DNA of 32,000 bases from Desulfotalea psychrophila LSv54. Its GTDB lineage: Bacteria > Desulfobacterota > Desulfobulbia > Desulfobulbales > Desulfocapsaceae. Shown piece by piece: positions 9,321 to 19,120 of the stretch; within the stretch, counting starts at the first letter, position 1, and each line of letters starts with the position of its first letter. The notes under the pieces are model-generated. The model was given only the letters and a program-made list of their open reading frames with translations, was not told the DNA's origin and ran no database searches. The translations under genes and the position numbers were made by a program. The DNA lies in the NCBI RefSeq assembly GCF_000025945.1, contig NC_006138.1, forward strand, positions 90,001 to 122,000. Reading direction: 5' to 3'.

Positions 9321-10220
9321 ATGCAAAAACAAAAAAATTTCAGCCTCCTCGACGGAATGCTCCTTTTGGCCCTGAGCACTGGTCTTGCCTTCCTCCTCTA
9401 TCGTCTCGTCTGGGGAATGAACTATCACTGGAGATGGCAGGCTGTTCTACCATATATATATTATATTAATCCTCAGACAGGAGAAGGCAGGCCCAGTGTG
9501 CTCCTGGAAGGTCTTTTTACCACCATTCGGCTCTCCATCTGGGCGATGATATTTGCCACCCTTATCGGCTTTAGCATGGGCATCATGCGCACCAGCAGCA
9601 GATTGTTCTTTCGTCTGGTGGGCACCACCTATATCACCCTTATTCGCAATACTCCCCCCTTGGTACTGATCTTCATCTTTTACTACTTTATCAGCGACCA
9701 GCTCTTTGCCCTTCTGCCCCTTGATGACTTTATGCGAAACCTCTCGCCAAGGAGCCAGAGGGCAATATCTCTCTTCTTCTCAAAGCCTGAGACAATTACA
9801 CCTTTTTTCTCGGGTATCTTGACTCTGGCCCTATTCCAGGGAGCCTATATAGGCGAGATTGTTCGAGCGGGCATAGAGGCCGTTGACCGAGGACAGTGGG
9901 AAGCGTCAAGCGCCCTGGGGCTCACTAAATGGACCCAGTTACGCAGCGTCATCCTGCCCCAGGCTGTACGAACAATGCTCCCGACCCTGGCCAATGAGTT
10001 TATCAATACTATTAAATGGTCCTCCATCGTCTCCATTATCTCCATCCAGGAACTCACCTTCCAGGGCATGCAGGTAATGGCTTCAAGCCAGGCCACCCTT
10101 GAGGTTTGGCTTATTATCACCAGTATGTACCTTATTATCTGCCTCTTTTTATCATATATTGTACATTGTATTGAAAAGCGTATTGCAGACCCAGACCGGA
10201 TGCAGGGGCTTGCCCTTTAA
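9321..10220 (+). CDS. Polar amino-acid ABC transporter permease (second subunit)
   Basis: 299 aa with 'GQWEASSALGLTKWTQLRSVILPQAVRTMLPTLANEFINTIKWSSIVSIISI'. Confidence 0.93.
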   Translation: MQKQKNFSLLDGMLLLALSTGLAFLLYRLVWGMNYHWRWQAVLPYIYYINPQTGEGRPSVLLEGLFTTIRLSIWAMIFATLIGFSMGIMRTSSRLFFRLVGTTYITLIRNTPPLVLIFIFYYFISDQLFALLPLDDFMRNLSPRSQRAISLFFSKPETITPFFSGILTLALFQGAYIGEIVRAGIEAVDRGQWEASSALGLTKWTQLRSVILPQAVRTMLPTLANEFINTIKWSSIVSIISIQELTFQGMQVMASSQATLEVWLIITSMYLIICLFLSYIVHCIEKRIADPDRMQGLAL

Positions 10221-10246
10221 CTCACAAAAGGTAATAGGAACAAGCT

Positions 10247-11623
10247 ATGACCAATCAAGAAGAGAACATTAATGCCCCGTCTCCATTTTCACTTCGAAAT
10301 GTACGTCTCTTTATTGCCTTTCGAGTATTCTTTAACGCTCGATTCTATTACCCCGTTTTCACTATTCTTTTTCTTGACTACGGCCTCACCATCGAACAAT
10401 TTGCCCTCCTCAACACAGTTTGGGCCGTAACTATATTTTTCTCCGAGGTGCCATCGGGAGCCCTGGCCGATATTATTGGCCGCAAAAAACTTCTCTTACT
10501 CACCTCATGCCTCATGATTGTTGAGCTCTCACTGATCGCCTTTGTTCCCTTGGGAAACTCTAAACTCATATTTGCCGCGTTTCTCCTCAATCGCGTTCTC
10601 AGCGGGCTTGCCGAGGCCATGGCCAGTGGTGCAGATGAGGCCCTTACCTACGACACCCTTATGCAAAAAGGCTTGGCCGGCAAATGGCCCAAGGTGCTCA
10701 GTGTCCAGATGAGATTTCGCGCAGTTGCCGTTATGATCTCTGTGACCCTTGGTTCAATCGTCTATGATTCTCATGCTATGAACAGAATTCTCCACTTTCT
10801 CGGCTCAAGCATAAGCCTGACTCAGGAAACAACCATGCGTTTTCCCATCTACCTTACCCTGATTCTTGGCTTTTTAGCCTTTGCGACGGTATGTATGATG
10901 GAAGAGCCACAGGAAACAGCCACCGAGGAACCACTGTGCATCAAACAGGCCTTTTATAAAACAATGCAGGCAGGCAAATGGATAATGGCATGCCCCTTTG
11001 CTCTCGCCATCATCATGATCGCCATGTGCTATGACCATAGTCTCCGTATGATCGTCACCATGACCAGTCAATATTTCCGTGTTGTTGGCCTGCCCGACGC
11101 AAGTTTTGGTATCATTGGCGCTGCCATGGCGGTGCTTGGCCTGATTACCCCAAGGATTGCAGAGCATATGGTGATCAGCTATAGTGCCAAAAAAAATATT
11201 GCTATTACAGGAGCCATAGCCCTTCTTGGCCTCTTTGGTCTGACCAGCTTTTCAATCTTCTATGGTCTCCTGGCAGTTGCCCTTGTCTTTACCGGGCTTA
11301 CCTTTACCAGCTTCTTTACCAGTCACTACCTCAACAGTATCACCCCCTCGGAAATGCGAGCCACGGTGCTGAGCTTTAAGGGAATGATGTTTAATTTATC
11401 CTATGCACTTATTGGTATTTTTTTCGCAGCGCTAATGAAAGCGCAAGAAAGCAAAATCATCAGTAATCAACCGCACCTCGGTAAGCAAATGGTAGAAAAT
11501 CTCGCCTTCAGAGACTCTATAGGCTACTTTGCCCCCTACCTCTTGATCTTAATGCTCATCGGCTTTATCTTTTTCCGCCAAGGTTTAGGCAATAAGCCTA
11601 AGATATATAAAAATAATTTTTAG
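10247..11623 (+). CDS. Major facilitator superfamily transporter
   Basis: 458 aa, multiple TM helices, and the MFS loop 2-3 motif 'GALADIIGRKKLL'. Confidence 0.85.
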   Translation: MTNQEENINAPSPFSLRNVRLFIAFRVFFNARFYYPVFTILFLDYGLTIEQFALLNTVWAVTIFFSEVPSGALADIIGRKKLLLLTSCLMIVELSLIAFVPLGNSKLIFAAFLLNRVLSGLAEAMASGADEALTYDTLMQKGLAGKWPKVLSVQMRFRAVAVMISVTLGSIVYDSHAMNRILHFLGSSISLTQETTMRFPIYLTLILGFLAFATVCMMEEPQETATEEPLCIKQAFYKTMQAGKWIMACPFALAIIMIAMCYDHSLRMIVTMTSQYFRVVGLPDASFGIIGAAMAVLGLITPRIAEHMVISYSAKKNIAITGAIALLGLFGLTSFSIFYGLLAVALVFTGLTFTSFFTSHYLNSITPSEMRATVLSFKGMMFNLSYALIGIFFAALMKAQESKIISNQPHLGKQMVENLAFRDSIGYFAPYLLILMLIGFIFFRQGLGNKPKIYKNNF

Positions 11624-11671
11624 ATCTGTTCTTGAAAATATCACCAAATACACCCATAAAAGGGATCTCAT

Positions 11672-12082
11672 ATGCTCAAACGATTTTCTATTTCTCTCGA
11701 TGATAATTTACTCGAAATTTTTGACCAACACATTGCTGAAAAAGCATACAATAATCGTTCTGAAGCCATCCGCGATCTTATCCGTAAAAACTTTGTCTTA
11801 AAGGAGTGGGAGGAGGATCGTGATGTAATGGGAGTAATCAGCCTTATCTACGATCACCATCAATCCCAATTACAAAAAAAAGTTACGGATCTTCAGCACG
11901 ATTTCCATCACCATATCGTCTCTACCACCCATGTACATATGGATCACGATAATTGCCTTGAAGTCATTATCGTCAAGGGAAGAGCGGGTGATGTTATAGA
12001 ACTTGCCGACGGACTTGCTGCCTTAAAGGGAGTTCGGGATAGCAACCTGGCAATGAACAGTACAGGAAAATCACTACATTAA
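11672..12082 (+). CDS. nikR: NikR-like ribbon-helix-helix nickel-responsive regulator
   Basis: 136 aa. N-terminal RHH 'RFSISLDDNLLEIFD...YNNRSEAIRDLIR', and C-terminal ACT-like domain with metal-ligand-like 'HHHIVSTTHVHMDHDNCLEVIIVKG'. Confidence 0.93.
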   Translation: MLKRFSISLDDNLLEIFDQHIAEKAYNNRSEAIRDLIRKNFVLKEWEEDRDVMGVISLIYDHHQSQLQKKVTDLQHDFHHHIVSTTHVHMDHDNCLEVIIVKGRAGDVIELADGLAALKGVRDSNLAMNSTGKSLH

Positions 12083-12103
12083 GAGAGGACAAAGGTAGAA
12101 GAG

Positions 12104-12959
12104 ATGACAAAAGCACAACCAATATCAGTACACGGTGGCCATAGCGGCCAATTTTGTAGTCACGCAGTGGATAGTCTTGAGGATATCGTCTTAAGATACA
12201 TAGAGCTTGGTTTTCCCTGGGTTGGCATTACCCGAGCACGCCCCTTCAATAAGTGAAGAGCTTCTCTATCCTGATCAAAAAAAACTTGGTCTCACCCCTG
12301 AATTTTTATTCAATAGATTTGTTCTCTACATCGAAGAGTGCCGGAGACTTCAGGCCAAATACAGGGACAAAATCAAAATTTCCGTTGCCATGGAGATTGA
12401 AACCTACAGTGGTTACGACACCTTTGTCCCCTCTCTTATGGAGCAATTTTCCCCGGAATATCTGGTCGGTTCTGTCCACTTTGTCGATGACATGGGCATT
12501 GATTATTCCGCAGAACAGTATAATGCTACTGCTGAAAAAATTGGTGGTATTGACAAAATGTACTGCCACTACTTTGATATTCAATTTGAAATGATGGAGA
12601 GACTCCGCCCCTCCGTGGTGGGACATTTTGACCTGGTACGCATTTTTGATAACGACTACCAAAACAGACTGCAAAAACCTGAAATTATGTCCAAAATCGA
12701 ACGTAATCTCGAATTTATAAAGAAACACGACCTGATCATGGACTTCAACCTGCGGGCATTGACCAAGGGCGCACAAGAGCCCTATATCAGCAAGGCCATC
12801 CTTGAACGAGCACGTGAACTGGAGATTGCCGTTGTCCCTGGCGATGATTCCCACGGCGTAAGCCAAGTAGCTAACCACATGAGCAGAGCCATTGAGATCC
12901 TCAGTCACCACGGTTTCTCCACCAACTGGCAGAAACCACGTGGAGCTCAAACCGCCTAA
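12104..12959 (+). pseudogene. PHP-domain histidinol-phosphatase (HisJ type), interrupted by an apparent +1 frameshift at about 12231-12234
   Basis: Frame 2 from ATG 12104 reads MTKAQPISVHGGHSGQFCSHAVDSLEDIVLRYIELGFPWVGIT then RARPFNK-stop. Frame 3 continues exactly at the break as EHAPSISEELLYPDQKKLGLTPEFLFNRFVLYIEECRRLQAKY...VAMEIETYSGYD. Removing one C in ATTACCCGAGCAC restores WVGIT-EHAP. Confidence 0.8.
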
Positions 12960-13203
12960 GCTTTCATGGAGGGGCGAAATGACAGCTCATTCGCCCTGCC
13001 CTTACCCACCCCTACTCAACTCTTATCTCGCCATGGACCTCACAGACCACGCCCTGCACTCGAATACCCCTAATCCCAAAAAAAGATAACCTCTAGCCAA
13101 GAATTCATGGGCAGATTAAATTTTGCTAGAATAAAAATAACTCTCTAAGCTACAATAAGAGTACATGCACACCCCTCAGCAATTTTCATAAAAGGAAATA
13201 ATA

Positions 13204-15273
13204 ATGAAAAAGCTTCTCTACTTAATTTTTGCCGCTCTTCTGCTGATTATAATCGGCTTTGGCGCCCTCTTTTTTCTGATAGATCCCAACCAACTGAAGC
13301 CGACAATTGCCGATCAGGTAAAAAAGGCCACCGGCAGGGAACTGGTCATCAGCGGGGATATGAGCTGGAAAATATTCCCCCGCATAGGCTTCTCCCTGGG
13401 AGAAACTACTCTGCAAAGCCCTCCCGGCTTTGCAGAGAATTTCGTTCAATTCAGCAATGCAGAACTGGACCTTGCCCTGATGCCACTCCTCTCTCACCGT
13501 CTTGAAATAGGCAACATAAACCTCAAAAATGCCCATATCTTCATTCAAACTCTGGCCGATGGCAGATCAAATATGGATGGGATGATAACCGGTAAAAAAG
13601 AGGCAGAAGAGAAACAAAGCACCTCCGCAGAGACAGCGGAGAAAGCCCCATGGGACATTATCCTCCAGGGTATATCGCTGACCAATGCCAGTGCAACCAT
13701 TCGTAATGACAAAACGGGAGACCTTAAGACAATGAGCAAGCTGAATTTTAGTCTTGATCATTTTAGTCCCGGCGAATGGAGCAAGATAAGTTTTTCCCTA
13801 TCGGCCACGAGCAATGAAATCACCGTAAGCTCTTCAGGGCAGACGGGAATTTTCATAGCGGCGGATCTGGGGGAAGTGAAGCTCAAGAAGCTTCATCTGG
13901 AAACTAGTGCCACCACCCCGGAAATACAGATAGAATCCGTCAGGATAGACCTTGATCAATTTACCGTGGGCCAGGATGGCAATCTAACATTTTCCATCAA
14001 GGGGAAAAAGAGAGATCTAGACTTTGCCTCTAAAGGAAGCACAAAGATCAAGAGCGACAGGGCCTTTAACCAGCTACAGGTAACAGGCCTACAGGTAGAG
14101 ACGAACCTTAAAGGAGATGCCCTGCCCAAAAAGAAACTCAATCTCATCCTCAAGGCCGATTCCAACTATAATGTCGAACAAAGCCTCCTCACCATCCCCT
14201 CCCTTGAAGCAGACATTGAGCAGATGATCATCAAGGGCAAGGCCTCCTTTAAAGATGGTCGGGTACGACAGATCCGATTCAATATGAGTAGTGAGAGTAT
14301 CGATATTGATCAGCTACTCGGCATGAATAAGGCCAAACCTGCGGCAAAGCCCAGCCAAACGGGCCCGGAAGTAAAAGCGACCATATCCGATCAGGAACCG
14401 GACCTCAGCGCCCTTAAACAGCTTGATCTCATCGGCACTCTTGCCGTAGATAAATTTAAGGCAAGGGGAGTCCATGTCACCGACGTCCTGATCAATCTCA
14501 AGATCCAAAAGGGTATTGCCGAAATTTCCTCCCTTGCAGCAAACCTTTATAAGGGTAGCATCAAGGCAAGGGTCAAGATCAACAGCAACAACAGACCTGC
14601 CACCTACCTTGCCAAAAAAGAGATAGTGGGGGTAGATGCACGGCCACTGCTCATGGACCTTGCCGACATAAAAATGCTGGAAGGAAAGGCCAAGGTCTCC
14701 ATAGACGTGGCTGGACGTGGCCTGAGCCAAAAGAAAATCAGAAGTAATATCAAGGGAACAGTAGACCTGCAATTTGCTGACGGTGCCATCCACGGAGTCA
14801 ACATTCCCAAGATGCTCCGTGAGGCAGCTGCTATCCTCAAGGGAGAAGTCATAACCGAAAAAGAACAGGGCGAGCTAAAAACCGATTTTAGCTCAATGGG
14901 CATGACCCTCACCCTGGCAAAGGGAGTGGCAAAAACCAACAACCTCAAACTCATATCACCACTATTCATAGTTAAGGGGGCAGGAGAGACGAACCTGGTG
15001 AAAGAAGACCTTAACTTCCTCCTCAAAACAGCCCTGGCCAAAGAGCTACAGGGGCAGGAGGCAGAAGAGCTCCGCTCTCTCCGTGGCCTGGAAATCCCCA
15101 TCAAGATAACGGGGACTTGGCAGATGCCTAAATTCAGCCTCAGCCTTGAAGAAATAGCCAAAGAAAAGGCCAAGCAGGAGATCAAGCGCGGCCTTGAAGA
15201 AATATTTGGTAAGGAAAAAGAGGGCGAGCCCGTAAGCCCTGAGAGGAAAATTTTGCAGAACCTTTTCAACTAA
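13204..15273 (+). CDS. AsmA family protein
   Basis: 689 aa. N-terminal TM, then 'VKKATGRELVISGDMSWKIFPRIGFSLGETTLQSPPGF', and a C-terminal AsmA-like 'LTLAKGVAKTNNLKLISPLFIVKGAGETNLVKEDLNF'. Confidence 0.9.
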   Translation: MKKLLYLIFAALLLIIIGFGALFFLIDPNQLKPTIADQVKKATGRELVISGDMSWKIFPRIGFSLGETTLQSPPGFAENFVQFSNAELDLALMPLLSHRLEIGNINLKNAHIFIQTLADGRSNMDGMITGKKEAEEKQSTSAETAEKAPWDIILQGISLTNASATIRNDKTGDLKTMSKLNFSLDHFSPGEWSKISFSLSATSNEITVSSSGQTGIFIAADLGEVKLKKLHLETSATTPEIQIESVRIDLDQFTVGQDGNLTFSIKGKKRDLDFASKGSTKIKSDRAFNQLQVTGLQVETNLKGDALPKKKLNLILKADSNYNVEQSLLTIPSLEADIEQMIIKGKASFKDGRVRQIRFNMSSESIDIDQLLGMNKAKPAAKPSQTGPEVKATISDQEPDLSALKQLDLIGTLAVDKFKARGVHVTDVLINLKIQKGIAEISSLAANLYKGSIKARVKINSNNRPATYLAKKEIVGVDARPLLMDLADIKMLEGKAKVSIDVAGRGLSQKKIRSNIKGTVDLQFADGAIHGVNIPKMLREAAAILKGEVITEKEQGELKTDFSSMGMTLTLAKGVAKTNNLKLISPLFIVKGAGETNLVKEDLNFLLKTALAKELQGQEAEELRSLRGLEIPIKITGTWQMPKFSLSLEEIAKEKAKQEIKRGLEEIFGKEKEGEPVSPERKILQNLFN

Positions 15274-15299
15274 CAGCTAAAAATCTGTGCCAACAGCAA

Positions 15300-15328
15300 T
15301 CAGGCCCAGCTTATGAAGCTGGGCCTGA
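15300..15328. terminator. Perfect 13-bp inverted repeat between convergent genes, candidate bidirectional terminator or hairpin without a U-tract
   Basis: TCAGGCCCAGCTT-ATG-AAGCTGGGCCTGA lies between the AsmA stop and the DoxX stop. Confidence 0.5.
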
Positions 15329-15351
15329 CCCTGCTTTACCTCTCGCCAGCC

Positions 15352-15756
15352 CTAATCTCCCCTGAGGGCAAGCTTGCCACTGCCCAAAAAAACAATGGCT
15401 AAGGCACCGAAGAGATAAAAGGCCTGAAGTTCAAGATACCATCCTCCATGGGGCGTGAAGGCTAAAAAATCATCCATATGGACGAGACCCACGGCAACGG
15501 CCATTTGCACGGTAACAATGAAGGCACCGAGACGGGCCCGGTATCCTAAAATAATCATTATCGGGGCAATAACTTCGCCTAGATACACACCATAGGCAAG
15601 GACTGCGGGCAGATCAACTGCAACCAAACTCCTACCTATAAAATCCAGACTATCTGGATTCAGCACCTTACTAAGACCATGAACCAACAACAAGCCACCA
15701 AGATTCAAACGCAACAACAGCTTGCCACAGGCATCACAGTAAACTTGTTTAACCAT
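15352..15756 (-). CDS. DoxX family membrane protein
   Basis: Hydrophobic protein with 'LLRLNLGGLLLVHGLSKV', 'GEVIAPIMIILGYRARLGAFIVTVQMAVA' and 'GGWYLELQAFYLFGALAIVFLGSGK'. The start was chosen at ATG 15756 with an upstream GAGGAG; the ORF track extends to 15798. Confidence 0.85.
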   Translation of the reverse strand: MVKQVYCDACGKLLLRLNLGGLLLVHGLSKVLNPDSLDFIGRSLVAVDLPAVLAYGVYLGEVIAPIMIILGYRARLGAFIVTVQMAVAVGLVHMDDFLAFTPHGGWYLELQAFYLFGALAIVFLGSGKLALRGD

Positions 15757-15859
15757 ATCAGCTCCTCTTAGTTGAAATGGAATTATCATCAATACCAATA
15801 CGCTTGCAAAAAGCAGTGCCTCCCCTCAACTATCTCAGCTGCGACAGACAAAAAATATT

Positions 15860-16675
15860 TTAACCAAGGGCAACATCAAGAATCATCATCACCGAAAATC
15901 CGGTCATGGTTGCCATGGTAACAATATCAATGTGTTCATACTTTCTCTGGGACTCCGGAATCAATTCCTCCACCACCACAAAGATCATGGCACCGGCCGC
16001 AAAACAGAGGGCATAGGGGAGAACAGGTTGCATCTTCAAGACAAAGAGGGCCCCCAAAACACCGGCAATCGGTTCGACTATACCCGAGGCCTGGCCAAAG
16101 AAAAAACTTTTGCCCTTGGACATACCCTCTCTTCTCAGAGGCATGGAAACAGCTGTCCCTTCAGGAAAGTTTTGAATGCCAATACCAATGGCCAGGGCTA
16201 TGGCCGCGCCGAGGGTCGCCGAAGGCAGGCCAGCCGCCGCAGCACCAAAAGCCACCCCTACGGCCAATCCCTCTGGAATATTATGCAGGGTAATGGCCAG
16301 AACAAGCAGGGTACTTCTCTGCCAGGAGGTTTTTATACCTTCACTCTTATTCATGCCCAAACTGGGATGAAGATGAGGCAATAACCTATCCGTTATGCGC
16401 ATAAATATCCCCCCTCCCATAAAGCCTATGACTGCAGTCAACCATGGGGTTTGCCCTAAATGTTCAGCCATCTCAATGCCAGGGGCAAGCAATGACCAAA
16501 AACTTGCAGCAATCATTACCCCGGCAGCAAATCCAAGCATACAGTCCAGCAATTTTTGGTTCACCCTCTTGGTAAAAAAGACCAGAGCCGCCCCGGCAGC
16601 CGTCACCGCCCAGGTAAACAGAGTCGCAATAAATGCCTGGCCGACAGGGCTGAATTGCTGAAAAAAATCAACCAT
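15860..16675 (-). CDS. ZIP family metal transporter (ZupT/GufA-like)
   Basis: 271 aa with the signature '[17 protein letters not shown]', '[20 protein letters not shown]' and 'GASGIVEP'-like '[16 protein letters not shown]'. Confidence 0.93.
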   Translation of the reverse strand: MVDFFQQFSPVGQAFIATLFTWAVTAAGAALVFFTKRVNQKLLDCMLGFAAGVMIAASFWSLLAPGIEMAEHLGQTPWLTAVIGFMGGGIFMRITDRLLPHLHPSLGMNKSEGIKTSWQRSTLLVLAITLHNIPEGLAVGVAFGAAAAGLPSATLGAAIALAIGIGIQNFPEGTAVSMPLRREGMSKGKSFFFGQASGIVEPIAGVLGALFVLKMQPVLPYALCFAAGAMIFVVVEELIPESQRKYEHIDIVTMATMTGFSVMMILDVALG

Positions 16676-16813
16676 CAGATACCTCCTAGGAAATGAAAGT
16701 CCCTAAAGTAAATAACATGAGCGGGAAATAAACGTCCGGTGAGAGAGATCTTTTAAAAAAATCTTTTCCCATAGACTAATCAGTTAAAGAATTTTAACAC
16801 AGAGAGGGGAGAT

Positions 16814-16859
16814 AAAAAAAGCGGTATTCTCAACCAATGAATTTGGTTGAGAATACCGC
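16814..16859 (-). terminator. Rho-independent terminator for the NhaC-like gene
   Basis: Perfect 17-bp stem GCGGTATTCTCAACCAA / TTGGTTGAGAATACCGC with a 5-nt loop. On the minus strand it is followed by T7 (AAAAAAA at 16814-16820 on plus). Confidence 0.93.
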
Positions 16860-16875
16860 TCAAGAGAAGCTTTCT

Positions 16876-18198
16876 TTAATTCTTTCGAGGAATGAGCAAG
16901 GAAATCGTTACACAGATAAAGAGCATCATGCAGTAGTAAACATTGCTGACCACGGTGAGGGGAGAAATTTTAAAAATCGATGCCGCCAACAGAATTTGCG
17001 CCCCCCAAGGAATAAATCCCTGGCAGATACAGGCAAAGATATCCAAGGTCCCCGCCGCCCGCTTTGGTTCAACCCCATTTTCCTTGGCAATATTTTTCGC
17101 CACACTACCTGTAACCAGAATAGAAACGGTATTATTGGCTGTACAGAGATTTGTCAGAAAGGCCAATACCCCGATTCCCGCCTCGGCTATAGCCGTACCG
17201 CCCTTACCTGAGGCTACACGCTTAATCCCCGCCGAAACCATTTTTTCCAGGGCAAGAAGACCACCCTGGGCCTTCATTAACTCGCCCAATCCACCAATAA
17301 AGATAGAGAGAATAAATATCTCCTGCATTCCGGTAAAACCATTATAGATCTCTTTTACATAGATCAAGAGGGTAAAGTCTGGACTCATCCAAAAACCTGC
17401 AGCGCCTGCCAAGATTATTCCAGAGAGCAAGACGGCAAATACATTGACCCCGGAAACAGCCATAACCAGAATAGCAAGATAGGGCAGGGCAAGAAAGAGA
17501 GAGTTATCCCCAGCCACCTGAGGAGTAGCAGTACCCTGAGACTGAAAGAGAAGAATAATAATAGTAATAATCGCCGCAGGCAGGGCCACAGCCACATTGA
17601 CCCGAAACTTATCCTTCATTTCACAGCCCTGGGTTCTGGTGGCGGCAATGGTGGTATCAGAAATAATAGAGAGGTTATCACCAAACATGGCACCACTCAT
17701 CACAGCACCTGCTGTCAAAGGCAGAGAAAGCCCGGCTTCCCCAGCAATACCGAGGGCAATAGGGGCCAGGGCAGCAATGGTTCCCATGGAGGTACCCATG
17801 GCTGTGGAAATAAGAGCACCCACAACAAAAAGTCCCGGCAGCAAGAAGGATGCAGGAATTACTGAAATTGCCAAGCCGACAACGGCATCAACCCCACCCG
17901 TTGCCTTGGCAACAGAGCTAAAGCCACCGGCGAGGAGGTAGATCATGCACATAGCCATAATATCACTATGCCCTGCCCCCTGCAGGAATCTCTCCACCGA
18001 TGCGCCCAATTTTTCCCGAGAGAGAAAAAGTGAGAGAATGATAGCAGGAAGGGCAGCAACAGGTGCAGCTACCTGATAAAAGGCAAAGCTTGTACCCTGA
18101 CTTTGAAAGTAGATACCACTACCAACAAAGATGGTGAGAAAAAGCCCCAAGGGGAGAAGAGCCCGAAAATGGGGCTGAGAAGAAATATTTTTGTCCAC
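16876..18198 (-). CDS. Na+/H+ antiporter NhaC-like family transporter
   Basis: 440 aa polytopic protein with 'GTSMGTIAALAPIALGIAGEAGLSLPLTAGAVMSGAMFGDNLSIISDTTIAATRTQGC' typical of the NhaC superfamily. Confidence 0.88.
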   Translation of the reverse strand: MDKNISSQPHFRALLPLGLFLTIFVGSGIYFQSQGTSFAFYQVAAPVAALPAIILSLFLSREKLGASVERFLQGAGHSDIMAMCMIYLLAGGFSSVAKATGGVDAVVGLAISVIPASFLLPGLFVVGALISTAMGTSMGTIAALAPIALGIAGEAGLSLPLTAGAVMSGAMFGDNLSIISDTTIAATRTQGCEMKDKFRVNVAVALPAAIITIIILLFQSQGTATPQVAGDNSLFLALPYLAILVMAVSGVNVFAVLLSGIILAGAAGFWMSPDFTLLIYVKEIYNGFTGMQEIFILSIFIGGLGELMKAQGGLLALEKMVSAGIKRVASGKGGTAIAEAGIGVLAFLTNLCTANNTVSILVTGSVAKNIAKENGVEPKRAAGTLDIFACICQGFIPWGAQILLAASIFKISPLTVVSNVYYCMMLFICVTISLLIPRKN

Positions 18199-19060
18199 TA
18201 CGCTACCTCAACATTTTATATAATATGTAGATTCTCCTTTAACAAAACCGACAAGAAGAAATCCTCTATAACAGCTCTTTTCGCATAAGTAAAATATCTT
18301 CTTATATCTTTATAACACGCTTTTCGCTAGCAAAAAGACAAGAAAAGGCACACAAAGTCATATCGCCCCCAAAGCGATCTCGCCGAAGAGAACAGTATAA
18401 GTAAAAGAGGGAACAATCCTCCCTTAGCAAAGGGCAAGGGACAAGAAGAGATACAAATACCTGTGCTATTGATATTCGCTTCTCTATCGCAAGCAGCCTC
18501 CCAGGGAACAAAGAGAGGAGAAGATATCTTGCCAATAGCCAGCGCTAACGAAAAGAGCAGGCTCCCATTTTCAAGTAAGAAAAAAGAGGTCTCCCTGCAC
18601 CTCCTCTGGCAAAGGGACATTTTGGCAAAAGAATCTGCTAGGCAGGATGAGGATTTACTGCCAGGCTGAGGAGGCTTTACTGTCAGCTGGTGATAGTTGC
18701 AGAGCCAGGGGCGCTCCACAGTCCTCTCAAATAGGCTAAAACGGTCCTAGTCAAACGAAGACCGCAAAAAGATACCAATGGTCGCATATCCAGACGAAGG
18801 GACCATGAGAGGACATAGGCGGGCAGAAAGAAGATTATTGCCCCCAGAGAGAATGGCATCTAGTAACAGGCACAGGGATGAGCAGGGCCACCCACCATCA
18901 CTTGACAGAGGCAGAACAAGAGTAGGGGGCGCCTCACCCCATACAAACGGGCGCAAACGGCACAGGAGAAACGGAGAGCAAAAAAGCGACATGGAGTCAC
19001 GTGGGCAGAAAAGAAGGCTGTGAGAAGGAATGGGCGGGGAGGCAAACGGAGGGCAAAAAA

Positions 19061-19090
19061 AAAGCTCCAAATCATTTCTGATTTGGAGCT
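19061..19090 (-). terminator. Rho-independent terminator downstream of tRNA-Leu copy 1
   Basis: AAGCTCCAAATCA-TTTC-TGATTTGGAGCTT stem (13 bp, perfect), giving a U-tract on the minus strand. Confidence 0.93.
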
Positions 19091-19120
19091 TTCCAGGATC
19101 TTGGTGAAGATCCTTTAAAT

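Noticed and set aside
12306-12950. 214-aa minus-strand ORF
   Set aside because: Fully antisense to the strongly conserved PHP phosphatase, with no recognisable domain.
12960-13000. GGGCGAAATGA...TCATTCGCCC hairpin after the PHP phosphatase as a rho-independent terminator
   Set aside because: The stem has a bulge and there is no following T-run, so support is too weak to annotate.
14604-15269. 221-aa minus-strand ORF, Arg/Ser/Pro-rich
   Set aside because: Antisense shadow of the AsmA-like coding region.
18440-19054. Possible RNase P RNA or tmRNA in the orphan region
   Set aside because: By eye I found no GAGGAAAGTCC-type P RNA core and no tmRNA-like 3' T-arm/CCA end on either strand. Only a covariance search could settle this.
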